Source of the DNA: Methylotenera sp.
GTDB lineage: Bacteria; Pseudomonadota; Gammaproteobacteria; Burkholderiales; Methylophilaceae
Length of the DNA: 64,000 nt
Direction: 5' to 3'
Assembly: GCA_035459705.1 (NCBI GenBank)
Contig: DATHXI010000051.1
Coordinates: forward strand, 7,205-71,204
The position numbers and the translations under genes were made by a program. Below the pieces are notes generated by a model that saw only the letters and a list, made by a program, of their open reading frames with translations, searched no databases and was not told the origin of the DNA. Shown here piece by piece: positions 1-9,721 of this stretch (its first letter is position 1; each line of letters opens with the position of its first letter).

Positions 1-173
1 CGCGTTTGTTGAACTTCTTGCACAAGTGAATTGATGCGATTGGATTCTTGACTGGATTTCTCCCACAGATGAATACCGATGGCGCCGGCGGTTGCCGCCA
101 AGATGATAAGCACAATAAAAGCGAGCTCATGAATGAGCAATAAGTCTTTTAAGGATTTATTTTTTTTGATCAC
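1..173 (-). CDS. Partial CDS (N-terminus only): membrane-anchored protein, possibly a sensor kinase or signalling protein
   Basis: Translated by hand from GTG at 173: MIKKNKSLKDLLLIHELAFIVLIILAATAGAIGIHLWEKSSQESNRINSLVQEVQQT. Basic N-terminus, one TM helix, then a helical segment. Runs off the window edge. Confidence 0.55.
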   Translation of the reverse strand, partial: MIKKNKSLKDLLLIHELAFIVLIILAATAGAIGIHLWEKSSQESNRINSLVQEVQQT

Positions 174-197
174 GGTTATCTGATCATGTGTGCGTGA

Positions 198-917
198 TTA
201 CTGTTCTTCAAGCCTGAACGGAATCGGCACTTTAATTGTGAAGCTGCTGCCACGCAAGGCTTCAGGTGGCGCTGGGAATGGCATGGCTTTATCAACCATT
301 TCGAGTGCTTGTTGATCCAGGCTATCGTAACCGCTATGTTGGATGATTCTTTTTGATTTCAGATTTCCATTGCCATCCAGCGATAACTCTACAATCACCT
401 CGCCTTGCCAGCCGCGCGTTTGGGCAATTCTAGGGTACTTTTTATGTTTACTAATGGTACTCCATAACGTATCGCCATAGCCTTTATGTGCGGTATCAAC
501 CTCTACCTGAGTTGGTACTATTAGTTTAGGCACTACAGGCGCTGGTGATGGCGGCGCTTCTGGTTTCGGTGTGACTGCAATCACTTCAGTTTGTTGTGGC
601 GGTGGTGTTACAGGTGATGGTTCTTCTTTAATCACACTAGTTGCTGGCGTAGGCTTAACGATAGGTTTGGGTTCAGTTTTGGGTTTGACTGGTTCAGGCT
701 GAGGTTGTTCAGGCTGCGGCAGAGGTTCAGGTTCTGAGATTGTAGGAGGTTCCGGCTTACTGACCAATGCTACTTCCAGTACCTCGGGTTTTTTTGGCGG
801 ATCTATCTTGATGCTTGGTATCCCAACCGCTAGCAAGACGTGTAGGAGTATTGAGCAAATAATTGCCCAAATAAGCCTATTTTCATTGGTGGAGGATTGA
901 GTGATAGCGGTAGTCAA
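198..917 (-). CDS. tonB: Energy transducer TonB
   Basis: N-terminal TM with S-x3-H (SILLH), Pro/Glu/Lys-rich linker, TonB_C motifs YPRIAQTRGWQGEV and SGYDSLDQQAL. Confidence 0.9.
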   Translation of the reverse strand: MTTAITQSSTNENRLIWAIICSILLHVLLAVGIPSIKIDPPKKPEVLEVALVSKPEPPTISEPEPLPQPEQPQPEPVKPKTEPKPIVKPTPATSVIKEEPSPVTPPPQQTEVIAVTPKPEAPPSPAPVVPKLIVPTQVEVDTAHKGYGDTLWSTISKHKKYPRIAQTRGWQGEVIVELSLDGNGNLKSKRIIQHSGYDSLDQQALEMVDKAMPFPAPPEALRGSSFTIKVPIPFRLEEQ

Positions 918-1040
918 AGAAACAAAAAGTATTTAGATTTATAGTGAATATTTAGATTTAACAAAAAATTATACAACAAGCCTGATAAGTTGTTGAATGA
1001 CAATTGCTATTGGTTACATACAGCCAATGTGGTGGTTAAT

Positions 1041-2327
1041 TTAAACAATTCCATCAAGCACCTGCACTTGCACCATCGCCCCAGCATCAAGATTACCGAC
1101 ATCATCATTGAGTACGATGAAACAATTGGCCAGCGACATCGAACTTAATATCGCAGAGCCTTGAGCGCCAGTCGGTTTTACCTTCCAGTTACCATCGTTA
1201 TCAGCAAATAGAATGCCACGTTGAAATTCAGTGCGGCCCGTAAGCTTTTTAATAGGCTCGGTGCATACTACATTGAACATTGGTAAGGGTGCAGGCTGAG
1301 GCTGGCCCATGAGCACCAGCATGGCTTCACGTACAAACTGGTAAAAGGTCACCATCACCGCTACAGGGTTGCCAGGCAGACCAAAGTAGTGGGCATTGCT
1401 TACCTTGCCATAGGCCAATGGGCGGCCTGGTTTCATGGCGACTTTCCAGAACACGACCTGACCATGCTTGGCCAGCAACAGCTTCATATAGTCGGCTTCA
1501 CCTACTGAAACACCGCCACTGGTAATGATCACGTCAGCAGAGCTCGCAGCTTTTAACAAGGTTTTTTCAAGTAAATCCGGGTCGTCTGGAATTGCGCCCA
1601 TATCCATGATTTCAACACCTAAGCGGCTTAGCATGCCAAATAAACTGTAGCGATTGCTGTCATAGACTTGGCCGGTTTGTAGTGGCTGACCAACGCTGGC
1701 TAACTCATCTCCCGTTGAAAAGAATGCGACTTTGAGCTTACGATAGACACTGACTTCAGCGATACCTAAGGAAGCAATCAAACCCAAGTCAGCAGCGCGC
1801 ATCATATGGCCTGCAGCCAACACGGTTTGGCTTTGCTTCAGATCTTCGCCTGCATAACGCACGTTCATTGCGCGTTTAAATTTCGCTTCGCTGAAAGTAA
1901 TGGTATCGCCTTCGAGCTTTACTCTTTCCTGTACAACAACCGTATCCGCGCCTGCGGGCATTGCACCACCCGTCATAATGCGTACACATTCGCCGCGCTT
2001 TACTTCATCGGTAAATGCCTTACCGGCAAACGCAGTACCAATCACTTTCAGCTTCGTTGGCGCATAGCTCGTTATGTCGTCAGCATTAAACGCATAACCA
2101 TCCATGGCTGAGTTATCATAGTTGGGTACATTCGCAGGTGACAGAATTTCGCTGGCTAGGATACGGCCTAAACTGTCGCGTAGCGCGGCCTTTTCAGTTT
2201 CTACGACAGGGCTTAAAAACTGTTTGATAAATTCTCGTGCTTTTACTACTGGCATGGAGTTTGGGTCGTAATCATCCATGCAGCTAGGTTTGGCGACTAC
2301 TTGCGATAGTGAGGTGGGTTTGGTCAT
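1041..2327 (-). CDS. moeA: Molybdopterin molybdotransferase MoeA
   Basis: Motifs SAMDGYA, RIMTGG, STGDEL, TSGGVSVG, KPGRP, GLPGNP. Confidence 0.97.
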   Translation of the reverse strand: MTKPTSLSQVVAKPSCMDDYDPNSMPVVKAREFIKQFLSPVVETEKAALRDSLGRILASEILSPANVPNYDNSAMDGYAFNADDITSYAPTKLKVIGTAFAGKAFTDEVKRGECVRIMTGGAMPAGADTVVVQERVKLEGDTITFSEAKFKRAMNVRYAGEDLKQSQTVLAAGHMMRAADLGLIASLGIAEVSVYRKLKVAFFSTGDELASVGQPLQTGQVYDSNRYSLFGMLSRLGVEIMDMGAIPDDPDLLEKTLLKAASSADVIITSGGVSVGEADYMKLLLAKHGQVVFWKVAMKPGRPLAYGKVSNAHYFGLPGNPVAVMVTFYQFVREAMLVLMGQPQPAPLPMFNVVCTEPIKKLTGRTEFQRGILFADNDGNWKVKPTGAQGSAILSSMSLANCFIVLNDDVGNLDAGAMVQVQVLDGIV

Positions 2328-2860
2328 AAATGTGTAGTGTTAGATTTGAGTATTTTTGACATTATAAAGTCAGCAATTGCAGAAATATTATTCAAATCCA
2401 AAGTTGGTATTGTTAAATCAAGTGATGTGTCCGCAGCGACAGCAATAATGTTTTGGTCTGTAGGTGCCAGCAATGGCTTGTTCAAGTCAACTCTATAGAC
2501 CTCAATTTTCGGAATCTCAGCATACTTAAAGCCTTCTACCAGAATCAGGTCTGCAAAGTCTGGGTTGAATTGTTTAAGTAGCGTATTCAAATCTGCTTCA
2601 TCTGTATGGTTGGGTGTGCGTGTCATTTCTGTCATCAACGCCCAGCGGTTTCCAGAGGCTATCAGAGTTTGTACGGCACCTGACTCACGAATCTGGAAAC
2701 TATCTTTGCCAGGGTGGTCGATGTCAAATTGATGATGAGCATGTTTAATGACTGAAACTCTGATGTTGCGTTCAGCCAGTTCTGGAACGAGTTGTGTGAT
2801 TAAGGTAGTCTTGCCGGCGTTAGAGCCGCTTGCCACGATGCCTAGTATGGGTTTATGCAT
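2324..2860 (-). CDS. mobB: Molybdopterin-guanine dinucleotide biosynthesis protein B
   Basis: Walker A GSNAGKTT, IKHAHHQFDIDHPGKDS, LVEGFK. Confidence 0.95.
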   Translation of the reverse strand: MHKPILGIVASGSNAGKTTLITQLVPELAERNIRVSVIKHAHHQFDIDHPGKDSFQIRESGAVQTLIASGNRWALMTEMTRTPNHTDEADLNTLLKQFNPDFADLILVEGFKYAEIPKIEVYRVDLNKPLLAPTDQNIIAVAADTSLDLTIPTLDLNNISAIADFIMSKILKSNTTHL

Positions 2861-3455
2861 GGGTAAATTTTAATTCAAGTGCAGCTAAATCTTCAAAGGT
2901 GTTCAAGTTAATAAAAGCATCTGAGTTGTCACTAAAATCAACTTCAATATAATTCAGGCTCTTTTGCCAATCGCTTACTTTGCGGCCGCCTTGCTGTAGG
3001 TAACTTATTAAGCTAGGCAAGACACTTTTTTTGCATAAACAAAACACTGGATGGGCATCACCATCACTGGTAGCGACAGCAACATCGGCGTTTTGATTGA
3101 GCAGGTTTGAGAGTAAACGTTGCACTAAATCCAGCGGTAGCAATGGTGAATCGCAGGGCACTGTTAGCAGGTATTCATGTTTTGCATGCTGTAAACCTAG
3201 GTTAAAACCCGCCAGCGGTCCTATAAAGTCAGGGGTCTCGTCTTGCAGCACAGGGTAACCTAAGCTTTGATATTGTTTGATTTCACGGTTGGCGTTGATG
3301 ATGATTTCATCGACTTGTAGTGTTAAGTGTTCAATCACATGCTGAACCAACGGTTTTTGTTGAAAGGTTATCAAGCCCTTATCAACGCCACCCATGCGCG
3401 TGGCACGACCACCGGATAGAATGATGGCGGTAATGGGCATAGAATTCCTTATCAT
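2853..3455 (-). CDS. mobA: Molybdenum cofactor guanylyltransferase
   Basis: LSGGRATRMGGVDKGL, GPLAG, PCDSP, NLNT motifs. True start may be the second Met (MPITA). Confidence 0.95.
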   Translation of the reverse strand: MIRNSMPITAIILSGGRATRMGGVDKGLITFQQKPLVQHVIEHLTLQVDEIIINANREIKQYQSLGYPVLQDETPDFIGPLAGFNLGLQHAKHEYLLTVPCDSPLLPLDLVQRLLSNLLNQNADVAVATSDGDAHPVFCLCKKSVLPSLISYLQQGGRKVSDWQKSLNYIEVDFSDNSDAFINLNTFEDLAALELKFTHA

Positions 3456-3545
3456 CGATTAAAAATAACGTGGCGTCATGACGAAGACAGTACGAATTGT
3501 ACGGCAAGGAATGGCAACAAAGTTAGTTTTAGTCGAGGGAAGGAA

Positions 3546-4607
3546 TCATCCGCCAGTATGTGACATAAACCGAATCACTGCCGGTTCTGCACGGCGTAAA
3601 TCAAAGTCATGGCCTTTGGGTTTGATTACCATGCTGCCCAAAATTGCATCAATCAACGGTTGGTCGTCATCTGGGTGATTTCTTAACAGCGGCATTAACT
3701 CTACTTTGTCTTCTTGTCCTAAACATAGATACAACTCACCTTTGCAGGTAATGCGTACACGGTTGCAAGATTCACAAAAATTGTGCGAATGCGGTGAGAT
3801 GAAGCCTATTTTGGTGGCGGTGTTGGCAACGCGCCAATAACGGGCGGGTCCGCCTGTAGTCTCGGTGCTGGCGACAAGTGGGTACTCACTTTGTAGTCGT
3901 TTTAAAGTATCCGCATTGCTGACAAAGGTAGATTCTCTGGTGTGGTCAACCTCACCTAGCGGCATCTCTTCAATGAATGAAATATCGATGGCTTGCTTGA
4001 TAGCAAAGTCGACTAATGAAATTGCCTCGTCATCATTAAAGCCGCGCATCAGCACGGTGTTCAATTTGATATTGTCAAACCCCGCTTGCTTGGCTGCCTG
4101 TATGCCGCGCAACACTTTATCCAGCTCGCCGGTACGGGTAATCTTTTTGAAACGTTCTGCATTCAAGCTGTCGACTGAGATATTGATGCGTTTAACACCG
4201 GCGTTGCGTAAATCCTGCGCTTGCTTTTCTAATTGGCTGCCGTTGGTAGTGAGTACTAACTCATTGAGACCCTCAAGCTTACCAACCTCTTCAAATAACC
4301 ATAATGCGTTTTTGCGCACTAAGGGCTCGCCGCCTGTGATGCGCACCTTGCTTACGCCTAGCGCCACAAACACTTTAACAAGCCGAGCACATTCCTCAAG
4401 ACTTAGTACTTCTTCACGCGGTAAAAAGGTCATGTCTTCACCCATGCAATACACGCAGCGGAAATCGCATCTATCGGTAATCGATAAACGGATGTAGTCT
4501 ACGGTACGACCAAACTGGTCTATCAGTTTGCCTGGAAGTTTGGTAGTGAGTTTCACAGGTGGTTTCTGCATAAGCATTTGCGAGGTTTCCGGCACTTTCA
4601 ACATCAT
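3546..4607 (-). CDS. moaA: GTP 3',8-cyclase MoaA (radical SAM)
   Basis: CDFRCVYC, TGGEP, C-terminal CESCNR...C cluster and terminal GG. Start codon uncertain. Confidence 0.97.
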   Translation of the reverse strand: MMLKVPETSQMLMQKPPVKLTTKLPGKLIDQFGRTVDYIRLSITDRCDFRCVYCMGEDMTFLPREEVLSLEECARLVKVFVALGVSKVRITGGEPLVRKNALWLFEEVGKLEGLNELVLTTNGSQLEKQAQDLRNAGVKRINISVDSLNAERFKKITRTGELDKVLRGIQAAKQAGFDNIKLNTVLMRGFNDDEAISLVDFAIKQAIDISFIEEMPLGEVDHTRESTFVSNADTLKRLQSEYPLVASTETTGGPARYWRVANTATKIGFISPHSHNFCESCNRVRITCKGELYLCLGQEDKVELMPLLRNHPDDDQPLIDAILGSMVIKPKGHDFDLRRAEPAVIRFMSHTGG

Positions 4608-4639
4608 GACTTGTCGTATTTAATAATGCATTTAATCAG

Positions 4640-4663
4640 TGTAATATACCATTTTGTATAGCA
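4640..4663. promoter_or_regulatory. ModE-like operator between the divergent moaA and fdsG genes
   Basis: TGTAATATA-CCATTT-TGTATAGCA resembles the ModE consensus CGNTATATA-N6-TATATANCG. Both flanking operons are Mo-related. Confidence 0.5.
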
Positions 4664-4694
4664 CTATAGTGTTAGTCGTTTTGGAGAGATTAAG

Positions 4695-5171
4695 TTGCAA
4701 GATCTACAAACAAAAATAGACGGGCTAATCGCTCAGCATCAGGCTATGCCGGGTGCGCTTTTACCGTTATTGCATGCTATTCAAGATAATGTGGGTTACA
4801 TACCAGAGTCTTCTTATCCTTCAATCTCCAAAGCTCTAAACCTGTCAGTAGCCGAAGTACATGGGGTGGTGACGTTCTATCATCATTTTCGTACCCATAA
4901 GCCAGGACGCCACATTCTGCAAATTTGCCGAGCGGAATCCTGTCAATCTATGGGTTCAGCAACACTAGAAGCACATGCCAAAAAATGCCTGAATATCGAT
5001 TATCACCAAACCACCCCAGACCAATCAATCACTTTAGAACCCGTTTACTGCTTAGGTAACTGTGCACTCTCACCGGCAGTGATGTTGGATGAGGAGGTGT
5101 ATGGTCGTATGACACCTGCAGATTTGGATACCTTGATTTCGGATGTTAGCGTAGCTGAGGTGACTGCATAA
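4695..5171 (+). CDS. fdsG: NAD-dependent formate dehydrogenase gamma subunit (NuoE-like, 2Fe-2S)
   Basis: [16 protein letters not shown] and CLGNC motifs. TTG start with GGAG SD. Confidence 0.95.
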   Translation: MQDLQTKIDGLIAQHQAMPGALLPLLHAIQDNVGYIPESSYPSISKALNLSVAEVHGVVTFYHHFRTHKPGRHILQICRAESCQSMGSATLEAHAKKCLNIDYHQTTPDQSITLEPVYCLGNCALSPAVMLDEEVYGRMTPADLDTLISDVSVAEVTA

Positions 5172-6727
5172 TGACTACCAAAATTTATATCCCGCGCGAT
5201 TCCAGTGCCTTATCCATGGGCGCAGAGAAAGTTGCTGCCGCAGTCACGCAAGAGGCAAAACAACGTGGTTTAAACATTGAAATTATTCGCAATGGCTCAC
5301 GTGGCCTGTATTGGCTTGAAACCATGGTGGAAGTGGCGACTGATAAAGGTCGTGTTGCTTATGGGCCAGTGAAAGCAAAAGATGTAGCTGGGCTTTTTGA
5401 TGCAGATTTCTTAAATGGCAAGTCTCACGCTTTATCACTTGGTTTAACCGAAGAAATCGACTGGCTAAAAAAACAACAGCGTTTAACTTTTGCACGTGTT
5501 GGTATTACAGACCCTGTTTCATTAGATGATTACCTCGCACATGACGGCTATAAAGGCCTCGATAACGCACTCAAAATGTCAGGCGCAGATATTGTACAAG
5601 CGGTGACTGACTCTGGTTTACGCGGTCGAGGCGGTGCAGCATTCCCGACAGGCATTAAATGGAAAACAGTACTGGGTTGCGAGTCAGAGGTTAAATATAT
5701 CGTATGTAATGCCGACGAAGGTGATTCCGGTACTTACTCCGATCGCATGATTATGGAAGGTGATCCATTCGTACTGATAGAAGGCATGACCATTGCCGGC
5801 ATCGCAGTTGGCGCAACACAAGGTTATATCTATCTGCGCAGCGAATATCCACATGCGCTAGTGACTTTAAATGCTGCGATTGAAGCCGCTAATAAGGCCG
5901 GTTATTTGGGCAAAAATGTATTAGGTAGCGGTAGAACATTCCATTTAGAAGTGCGTCGCGCTGCGGGTGCTTACGTCTGTGGTGAAGAAACTTCCATGCT
6001 GGAGAGTCTGGAAGGTAAGCGTGGTCTGGTACGCTTTAAACCACCACTGCCAGCGATTGAAGGTTTGTTTGGTAAGCCAACCGTGGTGAACAATGTGATT
6101 TCACTGGCGAGTGTGCCGATTATTCTAGATAAGGGCGGTAAATACTACGCTGACTACGGCATGGGACGTTCACGCGGGACATTGCCGATTCAGTTGGCGG
6201 GCAATATCAAACATGGTGGTTTGGTCGAATTGGCGTTCGGCGCAACCTTGCGCGAATTACTTTATGATTATGGTGGCGGATCCTACTCTGGCAAGCCAAT
6301 CCGCGCCGTGCAGGTAGGTGGTCCACTAGGTGCTTTCTTGCCGGAATCGCAATTTGATACGCCACTGGATTATGAAGAGTTCAGCAAAATATGGGCAGTG
6401 CTTGGTCATGGCGGCATCGTGGCATTTGACGATACGGTCGATATGGCAAAAATGGCACGTTATGCCTTTGAGTTCTGTGCAATCGAATCATGTGGAAAAT
6501 GTACGCCATGCCGCATAGGATCTACCCGTGGCGCAGAAGTGATCGATAAGATTATCGCTGGCAAAGATACTGTGAAGAATATACAACTGGTGCGCGACCT
6601 AAGCGACACCATGCTGAATGGTTCGCTGTGCGCATTGGGTGGCATGACGCCTTACCCGGTATTAAGTGCAATGAATCATTTTCCTGAAGATTTCAATAGT
6701 CAAAAGATAGCGAAAGCCGCAGCTTAG
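5171..6727 (+). CDS. fdsB: NAD-dependent formate dehydrogenase beta subunit (NuoF-like, FMN)
   Basis: GLRGRGGAAFPTGIKW, NADEGD, YVCGEETS, SCGKCTPCRIG. Confidence 0.97.
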   Translation: MTTKIYIPRDSSALSMGAEKVAAAVTQEAKQRGLNIEIIRNGSRGLYWLETMVEVATDKGRVAYGPVKAKDVAGLFDADFLNGKSHALSLGLTEEIDWLKKQQRLTFARVGITDPVSLDDYLAHDGYKGLDNALKMSGADIVQAVTDSGLRGRGGAAFPTGIKWKTVLGCESEVKYIVCNADEGDSGTYSDRMIMEGDPFVLIEGMTIAGIAVGATQGYIYLRSEYPHALVTLNAAIEAANKAGYLGKNVLGSGRTFHLEVRRAAGAYVCGEETSMLESLEGKRGLVRFKPPLPAIEGLFGKPTVVNNVISLASVPIILDKGGKYYADYGMGRSRGTLPIQLAGNIKHGGLVELAFGATLRELLYDYGGGSYSGKPIRAVQVGGPLGAFLPESQFDTPLDYEEFSKIWAVLGHGGIVAFDDTVDMAKMARYAFEFCAIESCGKCTPCRIGSTRGAEVIDKIIAGKDTVKNIQLVRDLSDTMLNGSLCALGGMTPYPVLSAMNHFPEDFNSQKIAKAAA

Positions 6728-6745
6728 GTTGCGGAGAGGCCGACA

Positions 6746-9688
6746 ATGGACGACATTAAATACAGCAACACGCATCACCAGCATGAGCACAGTCGTACCA
6801 ACTACGATGATCAGTTGGATTATGGTACGCCTGCAAGCACATCAGACACTCAAGTGACGCTGATGATTGATGATAGAGAAATCACCGTGCCGGAAGGCAC
6901 TTCTATCATGCGCGCCTCTATCATGGCAGGTATCAATGTGCCGAAACTGTGTGCGACAGATAGTCTGGAACCATTCGGCTCATGTCGTTTATGCGTGGTG
7001 GAGATTGAAGGCCGTCGTGGTTACCCAGCTTCTTGCACCACTCCTGTTGCTGAAGGTTTAAAAGTTCGTACACAAACTGATAAATTGGCAGATATCCGTC
7101 GCGGCACTATGGAACTGTATATTTCAGACCATCCATTGGATTGCCTGACCTGTGCGGCCAATGGTGACTGTGAGCTGCAAGACATGGCAGGCGCGGTGGG
7201 CTTGCGCGAGGTGCGTTATGGCTATGATGGTGAAAATCACCTTAAAGCTGAAAAAGACGAATCAAATCCTTATTTCACTTTTGACCCGAGCAAATGTATT
7301 GTTTGCTCACGTTGCGTGCGCGCTTGTGAAGAAACGCAAGGTACGTTTGCGCTCACTATCTCCGGTCGTGGTTTTGAATCTAAAGTAGCATCAGGTCTAG
7401 GTAGTTTTATGGATTCAGAATGTGTATCCTGCGGTGCTTGTGTGCAAGCTTGCCCGACTGCCACTTTGATAGAAAAAACGGTGATTGAAGCTGGTACACC
7501 AGAGCACAAAGTTACAACTACTTGCGCTTACTGTGGCGTAGGCTGCTCGTTCGATGCCGAGATGAAGGGCGAAGAAGTGATTCGCATGGTGCCAAATAAA
7601 AATGGCGGCGCCAACCACGGTCACTCATGTGTGAAGGGTCGTTTTGCATGGGGTTACGCAACACATAAAGACCGCATCACCACACCGATGATACGTAAAA
7701 GTATTCATGATGAATGGCAGCAAGTGAGCTGGGATGAGGCGATTAATTACGCCGCGAGCGAAATCAAACGTATCCAAGCCAAATACGGTGTTGATGCAGT
7801 CGGCGGTATCACCTCGTCACGCTGCACCAATGAAGAAGTTTACGTGACACAAAAACTAGTGCGTGCAGTATTCGGCAGCAATAACGTAGATACCTGCGCC
7901 CGTGTTTGTCACTCGCCAACCGGCTACGGTTTAAAACAGACCATAGGTGAATCAGCCGGTACGCAGACATTTGACTCTGTGATGAAATCTGACGTCATTT
8001 TGGTGATTGGTGCAAATCCCACCGATGGTCATCCAGTATTCGCATCGCAAATGAAACGTCGTTTACGTGAAGGTGCAAAACTAATTATCGCCGACCCGCG
8101 CAAGATTGACTTGGTAGACTCACCGCACGTTAAAGCTGACTACCATTTGAAACTCCGCCCTGGTACTAATGTGGCGCTTGTCTCTGCATTAGGTCATGTG
8201 ATTGTGACCGAAGGTTTGGTGAATGAGCCATTTGTTAAAGAACGCTGCGAGTGGGGTTCATTTGTCGCATGGCGTGATTTTGTAGCGCTACCTGAAAACT
8301 CACCTGAAGCTTTAAGTTCAGCGATTGGCGTGCCTGCAGAAGATATACGTGCCGCTGCAAGAATGTATGCCACTGGTGGCAATGCAGCGATTTACTATGG
8401 CTTAGGTGTTACCGAGCATAGTCAAGGTTCTACCATGGTGATGGGTATTGCTAACTTGGCCATGGCTACCGGCAATATTGGCCGCGAAGGTGTGGGTGTA
8501 AACCCATTGCGTGGTCAAAACAACGTGCAAGGTTCATGCGATATGGGTTCTATGCCGCATGAATTCCCAGGCTATCGTCATGTGTCCGATGACGCGACAC
8601 GTGCATTGTTTGAAGCGGCTTGGGGTAGGCCATTGAGCAGTGACCCAGGTTTGCGTATTCCGAATATGCTGGATTATGCGATTGAAGGCAGCTTTAAGGC
8701 CCTGTATTGCGTGGGTGAAGACATCGTACAGTCTGACCCGAATACACAGCATGTCACCCATGCGCTGGAATCAATGGAATGCGTGATTGTGCAAGACTTG
8801 TTCTTGAATGAAACCGCGATGTTTGCCCATGTGTTCTTCCCGGGTGCATCATTCCTAGAAAAAAGTGGCACGTTCACCAATGCTGAGCGCCGTATTTCAC
8901 CGGTGCGCCGCGTGATGACGCCAAAAAATGGTCAAATGGACCATGGTAAACAAGAGGCAGGGATGGAAGATTGGGAAATAACCGCGGCGCTATCTAATGC
9001 ACTGGGTTACCCTATGCATTACAAACATGCGTCTGACATCATGGATGAAGTGGCCGCACTGACACCAACATTTAAAGGTGTAAGCTTCAAAAAACTAGAC
9101 GAGTTAGGTAGCATTCAGTGGCCATGTAACGATGAAACGCCGACTGGAACCCCAACCATGCACATTGATGAGTTTGTGCGCGGTAAAGGTAAGTTCTTTG
9201 TCACCGAATATGTGCCGACTACCGAAAAAGTCACTCCGATGTACCCGTTAATATTAACTACTGGTCGCATACTTTCACAATACAACGTCGGTGCGCAAAC
9301 ACGCAGAACCAAAAACGTGGAATGGCATGCCGAGGATATGGTGGAGATTCATCCGCATGATGCAGAAGAGCGCGGCATTAAAGAAAATGACTGGGTTGGC
9401 ATCAAGAGCCGTGCTGGTGAAACCGTATTGCGAGCAAAAATCACCGAACGTGTGCAACCGGGTGTCATTTATACTACGTTCCACCATCCGGAATCCGGCG
9501 CGAATGTGATTACTACTGATAACTCAGATTGGGCGACCAATTGTCCAGAGTTCAAGGTGACAGCGGTGCAAGTACACCGAGTATCGCAACTTTCTGAATG
9601 GCAAAAAAATTATAAAGAATTCAGTGAAGAACAGATTGCCTTTACGGGGCGAGATGTAGAAACAGACAAACTGAAAACGGAAGCGTAA
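6746..9688 (+). CDS. fdsA: NAD-dependent formate dehydrogenase alpha subunit (Mo-bisPGD, Cys-type)
   Basis: NuoG-like Fe-S N-terminus, CAYCGVGC, active site DTCARVCHS, LRGQNNVQG. Confidence 0.97.
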   Translation: MDDIKYSNTHHQHEHSRTNYDDQLDYGTPASTSDTQVTLMIDDREITVPEGTSIMRASIMAGINVPKLCATDSLEPFGSCRLCVVEIEGRRGYPASCTTPVAEGLKVRTQTDKLADIRRGTMELYISDHPLDCLTCAANGDCELQDMAGAVGLREVRYGYDGENHLKAEKDESNPYFTFDPSKCIVCSRCVRACEETQGTFALTISGRGFESKVASGLGSFMDSECVSCGACVQACPTATLIEKTVIEAGTPEHKVTTTCAYCGVGCSFDAEMKGEEVIRMVPNKNGGANHGHSCVKGRFAWGYATHKDRITTPMIRKSIHDEWQQVSWDEAINYAASEIKRIQAKYGVDAVGGITSSRCTNEEVYVTQKLVRAVFGSNNVDTCARVCHSPTGYGLKQTIGESAGTQTFDSVMKSDVILVIGANPTDGHPVFASQMKRRLREGAKLIIADPRKIDLVDSPHVKADYHLKLRPGTNVALVSALGHVIVTEGLVNEPFVKERCEWGSFVAWRDFVALPENSPEALSSAIGVPAEDIRAAARMYATGGNAAIYYGLGVTEHSQGSTMVMGIANLAMATGNIGREGVGVNPLRGQNNVQGSCDMGSMPHEFPGYRHVSDDATRALFEAAWGRPLSSDPGLRIPNMLDYAIEGSFKALYCVGEDIVQSDPNTQHVTHALESMECVIVQDLFLNETAMFAHVFFPGASFLEKSGTFTNAERRISPVRRVMTPKNGQMDHGKQEAGMEDWEITAALSNALGYPMHYKHASDIMDEVAALTPTFKGVSFKKLDELGSIQWPCNDETPTGTPTMHIDEFVRGKGKFFVTEYVPTTEKVTPMYPLILTTGRILSQYNVGAQTRRTKNVEWHAEDMVEIHPHDAEERGIKENDWVGIKSRAGETVLRAKITERVQPGVIYTTFHHPESGANVITTDNSDWATNCPEFKVTAVQVHRVSQLSEWQKNYKEFSEEQIAFTGRDVETDKLKTEA

Positions 9689-9721
9689 GTAGGCTGATTA
9701 TTATTCTAGCTAGGTTAAACG

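Noticed and set aside
994-1012. Possible Fur box upstream of tonB
   Set aside because: Only about 11 of 19 matches to GATAATGATAATCATTATC in AT-rich DNA
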